NCBI GenBank assembly: GCA_024704765.1
Contig: JAKMXF010000365.1
Location: 248,001 to 312,000 of the forward strand
Length of the DNA stretch: 64,000 nt
Direction of reading: 5' to 3'
Source of the DNA: Oopsacas minuta
Taxonomy: Eukaryota > Animalia > Porifera
Made by a program: the position numbers and the translations under genes. The notes under the pieces were generated by a model. The model was not told the origin of the DNA. It ran no database searches and saw nothing but the letters and a program-made list of their open reading frames with translations. Positions 1 to 10,100 of the stretch are shown here, in pieces (within the stretch, counting starts at the first letter, position 1; every line of letters starts with the position of its first letter).

Positions 1-317
1 ACACATGTAATATCTAGACGTGAGTAGCCTGACTATCGTATGCAAATTTCTAATCAATTTCATAATATATTGCAGACTAACATTATTTACTACACAGCAT
101 AGCTAATCAATATACATTTCTAATTATTCATGAGCAACGGACTTGTAGACTAATTTGGAAATACACAGTATAAGCAAGTAGCAAATACTCCCACAGGAAA
201 TCGAGCTACAGAAATTTGTTAAGTGAATATGTTTTAATAACAAAACGAAGTGTATGCATTATTATGTAAAAATTCAAAAAGCGAAACACTAAATTAAAAC
301 CTATTTAAAATGTATAA

Positions 318-899
318 TTACAAAATGGAACATTTCCCCTTTTTGGCTTTCCTTTCCTTCTTTGATGTCTTTTTATCAGTTACCTTATTGTTATGCTGTA
401 TTTTACTTACAAGTGTATGGAACACTCTATCCACATTGATATGAAATTTAGCTGATGTCTCTATGTATTCTCCCCCCAACATGGAGGCGATTGTCTCTCC
501 CTCGTCAGAGGAGATCTTCCTAGATTCGGACAGATCTATCTTGTTGCCTACAACCAAGAAAGGAATGGATCGATTCACTTGTCTCTTGATGTCCTTTTGT
601 ATTTCCTTGATTTCCTGAAGACTGAATCTATCTGTGACAGAGAACAACAACAGATAGCCGTCACATTGATGGTAGAACTGTTCCCGAATAATTCCACACT
701 CATCAGTTCCAGCTGTATCAAGTATCTGTAAGATGTATAAACTGTCCTCCACTCTAGCCGGAGTCTCATATACCTCCTCTATTGTAGGAGTATATCCACA
801 CACGAATTCATTACGTACGTACTGTAGAGTGAGACATGTCTTACCAACAGCACCTGCTCCTAACACGAGGATCTTCAATGCTTCTCTATTACTCGCCAT
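318..899 (-). CDS. Ras-family small GTPase (Rap/Ras-like), intronless
   Basis: GAGAVGKT P-loop, YTPTIE effector loop, DTAGT (Thr at the Ras Q61 position, as in Rap1), NKID, ETSAK, polybasic tail and CAAX CSIL. Confidence 0.92.
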   Translation of the reverse strand: MASNREALKILVLGAGAVGKTCLTLQYVRNEFVCGYTPTIEEVYETPARVEDSLYILQILDTAGTDECGIIREQFYHQCDGYLLLFSVTDRFSLQEIKEIQKDIKRQVNRSIPFLVVGNKIDLSESRKISSDEGETIASMLGGEYIETSAKFHINVDRVFHTLVSKIQHNNKVTDKKTSKKERKAKKGKCSIL

Positions 900-1461
900 T
901 TTTGAATGTTATTGATTAATAATTGTATTTGTATATTTACTTTTCACAGAGAAATCAGTTGCTTTTATACTACTACAAACTGCTATTGCTTTCTATGCTA
1001 TAATCTACTGCAATTGGTATTACCAGCTATTAATCAGTTGATTAGAACAGATAGACATTGTGCCCAACTATGACATAGTGTTGTTCAGCCATTTCTTATA
1101 ATATCTTACGAAACTCTTACTTGATAAATCGTGAAATCATTTACATTTTAAAATCGAACACAGAATGTTGAGTAGACAACATATGCTGTGCGTTACAGCT
1201 CGCCCAATTTAGAATCCCCAACAAATGCAAATAGAGATCATCTTCTTAAACTTCCATTAAAGCTATGTGCTTTATATGTATAATTTGTCCATTTATATTA
1301 TTCTGAACTCTTGAAGAGAAATAAAGGAGAACAATAAGCCATTTCTGAGTATCGTCTCAGTCACATCCGCATTGGCACGTTATTCAATTTCTTATAATTA
1401 TAACTAATAACACTTCACAAATTAATATTTTTGTTATTATGAATAATTTCTAGCACAGATA

Positions 1462-1896
1462 ATGTCGCTATTAAAGCAAGCTTTAGATAGAGGTGTAAAG
1501 GCTACTAAATCATTCCTGAGAGGTAGCAAGGATTTGGAACTGAAACCAAACCTAGTACAAATGGAGAAGATAACAAGGATAGTTAACCGTATGGCTAAAA
1601 CCTATAAACTAACGCAATCCGATAACCTTAACCATATGATATCAACAAAAACATCCATACTGATAGAGTGCGAGAAAGAATTCAATCGTGAGGTTCCTAG
1701 CTATAAGCTAAGAGATATGAAAACATTACACGACATAATCACATACTTCTCTACACCTATACCAAAGAAATACGCATCAGGTCTCCCCAACCTTGAGGAG
1801 GATATTGTAGCCAAGTCAGGGATTGGTAATATTAGGATTTACGAGGACAGTGCTCCTCCGGTAAAGTTCCAGAAGAAGAATCTCCGTGTTTATTAG
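1462..1896 (+). CDS. MRPL50: Mitochondrial ribosomal protein mL50-like
   Basis: ILIECEKEFNREVPSYKLRDMKTLHDIITYFSTP resembles the recalled mL50 core ([25 protein letters not shown]). Confidence 0.65.
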   Translation: MSLLKQALDRGVKATKSFLRGSKDLELKPNLVQMEKITRIVNRMAKTYKLTQSDNLNHMISTKTSILIECEKEFNREVPSYKLRDMKTLHDIITYFSTPIPKKYASGLPNLEEDIVAKSGIGNIRIYEDSAPPVKFQKKNLRVY

Positions 1897-2280
1897 TATA
1901 TTATTCATAGCATATGTGCCTTATTAAATTTGTGTCTGAATAATGTCTTATAATTAACTTCCATGATATTCATCACTGCATTATTAGGTATTATTAGCCA
2001 TTGTCTGTCTATTAATATTTGATTAAGGAAGAGCTCTGTGGCATCAGGTAGTATGTTTAGCTTCCAATTAACCGCATTAATAGTACTGGATAGTACTGGT
2101 GTCTTGTATTCTAAAATACGTGCCGATTCATTAGTGGACCCGTGGTGACCCTTTACCAGTCTTAACGTATTCCGTTGACCCTAGGTTAGAACCGCTTGTA
2201 TAGGAACTAATTTTATTTCAGTTATTAAATTGTTGTGGAATTATTATTTTAATAAATAGCTAATAGACAACAGTACTAAC

Positions 2281-2514
2281 ATGTTAATCAAGGTTAAGAC
2301 ATTGACAGGTAAGGAAATTGAGCTAGACATAGAGCCTAATGACAAGGTAGAACGTATCAAGGAGAAGGTTGAGGAGAAAGAGGGTATACCTCCTCCACAA
2401 CAGAGGTTAATATTTGGGGGGAAGCAGATGAACGATGAGAAACTAGCTTCTGACTACAAGATAGTAGGAGGATCAGTCCTACATCTGGTCCTAGCACTGA
2501 GAGGGGGTCAGTGA
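2281..2514 (+). CDS. NEDD8: Ubiquitin-like protein NEDD8 precursor
   Basis: [19 protein letters not shown]...LVLALRGG plus a 1-residue extension; Ala72 diagnostic of NEDD8. Confidence 0.97.
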   Translation: MLIKVKTLTGKEIELDIEPNDKVERIKEKVEEKEGIPPPQQRLIFGGKQMNDEKLASDYKIVGGSVLHLVLALRGGQ

Positions 2515-3281
2515 ATACATACGGTGGATTTATTACACATGCATGTCCTGAATTCAGTTGTAATTGTTTGATACACAAAGCTAGTTGTTGGATTCCAAAC
2601 TTTGCTTGCTTTTTAGTGTATTGAGTATAGTATAATCTCATGTTTGAGGGTGCTGGAAATATTCAAAGTTTAATGTCAATTGATATTATTTCTTAAACCT
2701 GTACAAGGAAGAGATTATATAAATATTGAATCATCCTACAAATTACTTCAGTTACTTTTAAAACATTCTGTCTTCTAAAGATAGATAAAATTGAGGTTAG
2801 CTATGGGTTAGTATTCTGTAAACTTACATCTAAAGCTGGTAGATGTTAATTTACAAATTCTAATATTAAACTTCTATATTATGAATATTGTCTAAGTGGT
2901 CTACCCCGACCTATTTCATTTCCTATTATTTCCTACACTCAATTTCCTGACTCATATCTATTCTGTCGTTCTGTAACTGTTGGAAATATTTCCTTGAGTC
3001 TGTAGAAATTAAGTTCTGTTGTCACTTTCATAATATAAATATTCTCTTAATCTCAGTATAGAGACTATCTTATTACTGCACTGAAAGTAATCATAATTTC
3101 AGTTCTCTTTACTAAGGATATTCGTATTTGTAGTTTATAATTTGTCAGCTTTGGTATGTTGAATCTACCATGGAGAGATACAGTTATTACAAATTTGTTT
3201 ACCAGTATATTTACAAGTAATGGAATGTTAACAACTTGTTGTTTGTTGTTTTAAAATGTTTACAATCTCCACAAATATTTA

Positions 3282-3857
3282 CTAAACCAGACCATCCAAA
3301 TGATGAGACCCGATTGTTTCCAGGAATATATTCTTCTTAGCGAATTTAGGTCTCTTTACATCTCCACTATCAGGCTGCACCCATCCTACGTCCCAATTAC
3401 TAGTGATTGGTAATTTGTATTTAGTCTGAGGGGCGTCTATCTGTCTCTGTTTCAAATACGCTTTCCTTGACGTGTTAGAGCTTAGAGTCTTGTCATATAA
3501 AGTATTCTCTAAGTTCTGTTCTACTTGATACATACCAGCTGTGTTATGTGGCATCCTGAATTCAAGATTTGATTTCTTCCTCGGGATAATAGGTAGCGTC
3601 CAGTAAACAGAACGTTTGTAATCTTTATGTCTAATCAGATCGGAAATTTCTCTGTTGATCTGTTCAATAGGTGGCAGGGAGTTCCCTGAAGTGAATGGTT
3701 TAGGTTTTATCTGTCTTATACAATTTTGTTCATCCTTGTCCTCCTGACATTGTTGTGGAAGATATTTGAAATACCAGTTCACCCTATTGGTCTTTTCTTG
3801 CTCCATTATTGATCTCCATAGAAAGTCGTCACACTTTTGATTTCTGCTACTTGACAT
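3282..3857 (-). CDS. Ciliary microtubule inner protein, SPMIP1/ATP6V1FNB-like
   Basis: N-terminal LWRSIMEQEKTNRVNWYFKY and C-terminal YLKQRQIDAPQTKYKLPITSNWDVGW match the recalled family pattern (W..E...R..W..KY; YL..R....P..K...P..S.W..GW). Confidence 0.6.
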   Translation of the reverse strand: MSSSRNQKCDDFLWRSIMEQEKTNRVNWYFKYLPQQCQEDKDEQNCIRQIKPKPFTSGNSLPPIEQINREISDLIRHKDYKRSVYWTLPIIPRKKSNLEFRMPHNTAGMYQVEQNLENTLYDKTLSSNTSRKAYLKQRQIDAPQTKYKLPITSNWDVGWVQPDSGDVKRPKFAKKNIFLETIGSHHLDGLV

Positions 3858-4156
3858 TATGGCACGTACAGGTTATTCAATACAAAAATAAAATTATTAT
3901 TTTTATCAAAAGTTTCTATTTATACGTCATGCGAACACATACTTATTTGTGAACCAATTAGATTGTGTACTTTACAGAGTCGATTTGTGTTGTTAGTATT
4001 ATTATGACAATATACACGTGTTAACTCAAGCCCCTTAGGTTATCAGCTGTTTATGTGTCACAAAATATAAGATATACAATTTATCAAAGTTCTCGAATAA
4101 TGTCAAATTATTTCTCTTCTAAAATTTAATTTCCTGAGCATCTGAACTCACTGTAT

Positions 4157-7100
4157 TTATGTCCAGGGTAGGAAGTTTGGGAATAGAACTATCCCTGCTA
4201 GAGTGTATGCTAGGAAATACACTAGTATACATCTGCTTCCAAGAGTTGAGCTAGTAACACCTCTTCTAGATGGATATCCTTTGATTAATCTTGCGATGGA
4301 AGAAAAGAGAGATCTGAAATCTGTGTACGCATCTATGTCAATACATTTGTGTATCTCTCTAGCAGCATACCAATATACCAGTGGAGTTGACGAGAAGATG
4401 AATCTCGTCATCACCTAGTGATATTGAGATAACATATTTGCAATCATATCAGTTCTATATCATATTGCTTACCTGAATATGCATGATAAGAATTCCAATT
4501 AGCAACATACAGCTTAGATGAATAGCAAAGCTCAAATCTTTGAATTTCCTGTATAATTTATAATATAGATTTATTTCAGTGTATATCCGCTACCTATCCC
4601 ACCAAATTGTCTATTGTCCATATATAGTAGTCTACTTCCATATATGGACATTGCTCACTTATAGAAGGAATTAAATTCCAAAATAGCTATCAGCAGACGT
4701 AAGCTTACAGATATAATTAATTATAAGAATGGCTATACCTGTGAAGAATGATAACATTAGCATATTAGTATTCTCATATAAAAACTATCAATTATAGGTT
4801 ATTGCATTTTATCAAATTTTGTGATTAGTAATATGTCAGGTCTACCTCCAAGCTACTCGGATGCTACCACTCCCTACCCGCAAGAGAATGCTCCGGCCCC
4901 AACAGCCCCTCTTCCTGAAAAGACTCCATTCCCCACCGAACAGACTCCGTATCCTCCTACCCAAGTACCATACCCTCAATCACAGGGTCCCTATCCTCCC
5001 TCACAGCCCCAGCAAGCAGGTTACCCCCCTCAGGGCTATGCGTACCCTCAACAAGGTTATCCTCCACAAGGTTATCCCCCACAAGGTTACCCCCAACAGC
5101 CTCAGGGTTACTCTCAACAGCCTCAACAGGCTTACCCCCAGCCTCCTCAGACCCACACCACCCAGCCTGCACCACAGCCCTCTAATGTAACTGTAGTCAC
5201 CCACCAGCAACCAGCTAATCGTGTGTATTTCTCTGGGGGAGCCGGTAGCTTTACGGGAGTTATAATCTACGCTGCTATCGCTATACTCTGCTTCTGTCCA
5301 ATAGGGATTATCGCATTCATAGTAGCCATATTTGCTTATAGTGCATACAGTAATGGAGATTATCCTAAAGCTGTTGGACTGAGCAGACTCGCGTCTGGGT
5401 TAGCTACTACCTCATTTGTCATAGGAGTTATATGTATAATCCTGAGCTTCTCCCTGAGGTATACCGTCCTTATCTAGTTGGCTATAAAACTATTTGAATT
5501 ATTATTTTCTATTGGATATTATTATTTTCCTCGTAGCGTATATTTGATTACCATGCTTACCCTTGTACCTATTTGCTGTACTATATTATATATCTGAACA
5601 CTATAATATCCGAACAGCAGGAAGAGTTAGTTATCAAATTGTTCAACTTTTGTCATAACAGGGAAGCTTTATTACTACTTTAATGCAGCCAAATATTCCA
5701 AATTTCGAATCTTCATTTTCATTATCGCTTTGAACCTCACAATGATTCCTACAGAGTATAGCTGATTACAGTTATTTCTGAATCATAAATACGTATTGTT
5801 GTTGTAATTAGTAATACTTGTGAATGGTACTAACTTGCCAATTTATGAAATTTTTAAGTAAAATGAGCAAAATGGGTATTCTTGCATGATTTGTAATATT
5901 ATACATTTCTGAATTACAGACGTATCATAATTAACCAAACAAACTTCTATGAGAATTTATTGAAATGTACCATATGCGCCGAACCCCCGAGGGGATAGGG
6001 GGAGCTTGAGCCTCCTCCTGGATCGTTCAAGTTGTTAGGAGTTTCGTTTGGACAGATAAAACTGTACTTTTATACTTCTTATATTGTCAGCTCAATTCGT
6101 ATGGATGCAATAATAAGACTTCAATGTTTGATTGTATTAATATAATAGAATATTCTGTAATACATTCGTATAACTTATACTACAATTAAAGTAACTATCA
6201 AACAGATGGCATCATCTGTAGATACAACAGATAAGGTTTTAACACAAGAACCTGCTCCCACACCGGCCCCTGAACCTGCTACCCAGGGTATGCAGCGTGA
6301 GGGAGAAGAGGGAGATATCGAATCGGACGCAGAGAGGGAAAGAAAGGAGAAATTACTTCGTAAAGCAATGCAGTTATCCGACGAGATTAGTGAGTTGTAT
6401 GAAATTGCAAACTTAAAAGAGAAGGAATTAGCTCACATTAAGCAAGAGCTAGGTGTTACATTCCTAGATGAGCTAAAGGTATCTATGGGATCTTCTTTCA
6501 AATCTGTCTCTGATAAGTGGCTAGAAATGAAGTCTTCTGATGCTTATAAGAAGACAGAAGATACACTGTACGGATGGAAAGATAAAGTTACTCAGAGTGA
6601 TAGCTACAAGAAAACAGTCACTACCATCAGCACTACTGGAGAGAAAGCTACCCTGGGGTTACAGACCGCTACCTCACGCACTGGGGAAGCCTTCAAACGA
6701 GCAGGAGAATCATTCATAGAGAACGAGACCGTACAGGCGGCATGGGCAAGAATGGTAAATTTTAAAGATTCTCTAATAAATCCTGTTGATGAACCTCCTA
6801 ATACAGATGTGTCAGGAGCAAGACCTGAGAAGGAAGATCTTGTTCCTGATGAGAATACTAAACCTGAGAACAAATAATACAATTTGTGTAATTAGTGTGT
6901 GTTTACTGATCACGTTATCCATAGCATGTTATATCGAATTAATTCTACTCATCAATTGATCAACTTGTGCAGTACCTGAGTCAATCAACTTACAGTCTCA
7001 GATAGGTGTTAAGAATAATTGCAAACAATAGAATATCACACTACACATACTGGGTAAACACCCAATCTGATAGGTCGAGACATTTCGTCACCTATCTCAG

Positions 7101-10100
7101 ATATTTGTACAAGTCCTAAGTTGAACAACTCTACATACCTGTGTCAAATTTCGTGTTTATATCTCTTACCAGTTTAACAATAAACTCTAGTAAAATATAA
7201 GATACTTAACCTCTAGATTGTTATACTCAATATTTATTTATTAGCTATACAATGAGTACTGACTCTCCGCTACTACCAGACCCTGATATGAACTATAACT
7301 CATCTCTCCAGGACTTTACTGGTGATGGAATTTGCATGAAGGATTACGCTAAGATTGTATATCTTAACATTCCATCTGCCCATTCAGATGGTAACCATGT
7401 AGTGTATAATATAGAGGTTGGAATACCTAGCTGTATGTGGAGAGTTAGCAAGCGTTATTCTGAGTTCTTCAATCTCCATCAACAGTTACAATGGTTCTAT
7501 TCCTTCCACTCAGATGAACTCCCAAAGAAGAAACTTATCGGTAACAAAACATCTGCTCTAATCGAGAAGAGACGTAGTAAACTAGAATCTTATCTCAAAC
7601 ATGTTCTCAGAACTTTTCCTATTCCTCCCCCACAGTTCCTTAACTTCATTAACTACCAGTATTATGACGTAGTAGGGGTAACACAAGCACTAGCCTCCCG
7701 TCTCTTCCACGTTGGAGAGAAGATCCTTGCTTCTAACGACCCTGCTATTCTGAGTATAGTACAGATGTACTGCATTACTCGGAGACTCAAACTCCCTCTA
7801 GAGAAGCGATCTAATGATACATCACTAGATGTAGCAAACTTATATGAATTCGTAAACAGGCTGAAGCATCTTAAAGTAGTTTCAGACACACAGGATTGTC
7901 TCAGTTCCTCTGTCCTCTCAGAGCTAAAATTCGATCTCTGCATATTCAGGAATCTTTACTCCTTACAACTAGAAGGAACCTCTATGCACCAGGTAGAGGG
8001 CTGGATACTCCTGCTAGATAGATTAGAACTTCTAGTGATACGTAACTCTGCTCGGTCTGTCTCGGACGCTCTCCTTTCCGAGTCCGCCAGGAAGGAGGAA
8101 CGTCCTGATGGAGTATATGTGTTCCCTCGCGCGTATAAATGGAAAGCTCTGACTCACCTCCATCTAACCAGAAACTACCTCAAACAGATAGACGAGACTA
8201 TCACATTAGCTCCCTGCTTAAAAATGTTAAATCTGAGTCATAACGAAATAGAAGAATTACCAGAGCTTTACTTAACATCACTTCACGATTTAACCGTGTT
8301 AGACTTGTCTCACAATAGACTAGAGCAGATAGAGTCCTTACATACCAAATTAGGAAATATACACACTCTAGACCTGTCCCATAACAGAATCAGGAGTCTA
8401 GTGGGTCTCCGTAAACTATATTGTGTAGTTATACTTAACTTGAAATTCAACTCAATAGATGATCTATCCTATCTGAGCTATCTCGGGAAGTTGCCTTGTA
8501 TAGAGAGTTTACAGCTCGACAATAATCCTATTTGCTATCAAATTCACTACAGAATAGAGGTGTTTGGAGCTCTTCCAATTACTTATCAAACTGTTGTCCT
8601 GGATGGATTCAGACCTAGTCAGAAGGAGCTGACAGCTGCTGAGGGTTTAATTAAGAATAGACCAACTTATGGTGTCCAACAGGACAATTCTGCCCTCCCT
8701 CCCTCAAGTGTGGACGCTAGACGGGTGTCAACGCGTAGAGTAGTTGCAGTGTCTGAGGAGAGGGTGCATGAGGGGGAGGAGGGGAGAGTCTATGAGGGTA
8801 CAGTCTCTGAGAGTGAATCACTGAGAGTAGCTACAGAACAGCTGAGAGATAAAGAGGGTAAGAATTGGTTGAATCATTATAACGAACAGCTGGAGAGGGA
8901 GATCGGACGTACGCCCCCACTAGAACCCTCTGCTACTGGACAGCTCCCACCCACCAAGGCTCAGGGCTACTCAACATCTCAGCAAATAGCTGAGAGCGAT
9001 ATCCGTGGCATCCGACCTGAAGCCGACCTTACCCCCGCAGTAGCTAGAGTATCACACGTCACTGACCTAGACGCTAACAGCGATGCAGAGGATCAAGTAG
9101 GGAGAGTATTCATGGCTAGTGCTGTCATATTTCAGGGATCTCTCAAGGATCTCAGGGATCTGGACCCTTCCGCCCTCCAGGAGCTCCTCTCTCCTCCAGA
9201 TGAAGCACAAAATGAAAGTTTAGTAGTGAAAATAGATCTTGAATCTGTACAGATATTATTTGTTAGTTTAGAAAACTCTAAATCTGAATCTCCCAAGAAT
9301 TTCAACAGTTGGAATACTATTTGTGTTCTACCGAGCTATCCTATTGCTGTCTGTATTGAAGAGAGTACACATTCTAAAACCACATGTCGGTTGCTATGTC
9401 TATCCTCTAACGAAGAAGCAGCTGATTTGTGTGGACTCCTACACGAGCTAGTGGGAGAGGCATCCCCCTCTGATGTGTCCTCTCAAGGGGACCAATCTGC
9501 CCCCTCATCCAACCCCTTAACAAACTCAGGAGAGGAGCTGACCTCTACAATGCAGACTCTATTCGCTACAAAGATTAAAGGGCTATACACTAAGGAGGGG
9601 TTCTTCTCTACCCGTATAGCCTCAGAGCTGCTAGGTGCTGTATACTACATACAAGATCTTATACCCGGGTCTATACAGACTATATCACAGATAAATTCTG
9701 TCGATACAGATCCTAGAGAAGAGGAGCTAGTCTATGCAGCTAAAGTAGGATTCTTAATCCCTCTCTCCTCTAGAGATGAGTTCTATTCTCTTGTACTAAT
9801 CACTACTATGGCTATACATATCTTGGAGATAGATCCTACTCTATCTTCTCTCCTACTGGGGGAGACATCTCATCTACTGACGGTTAGACTATGTGAGATT
9901 TCTAAGATAACAATAGGTTCGTTTGACCAGAGTATTAAATTTGAATCTAGGGGTCTGGGTCCTCTAGGAGTGTTCACACTATTCACCCGTGTCTACTCTG
10001 TTACCCAGGGGATACAAAACTGTCTCAAAGAGGTTCTATTAACCGCGAGGCTAGTACCAGAGGTGATTGGAACCCCAGAAAGAAGCCCCACCCATAATCC

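Noticed and set aside
2700-3250. Minus-strand frame containing ...IGNEIGRGR..., reminiscent of a kinase glycine loop
   Set aside because: It is flanked by stops and has no other kinase motif; not supportable as a pseudogene.
4157-4414. Treating the 85-aa ORF and the 322-aa ORF at 12040-13008 as separate genes or a broken PIGV pseudogene
   Set aside because: Canonical, phase-compatible splice sites and a 76-nt bridging exon rebuild an intact PIGV.
5978-6028. GC-rich gggggagcttgagcctcc hairpin-like patch
   Set aside because: Too short, with no convincing second copy in the window; no function assignable.
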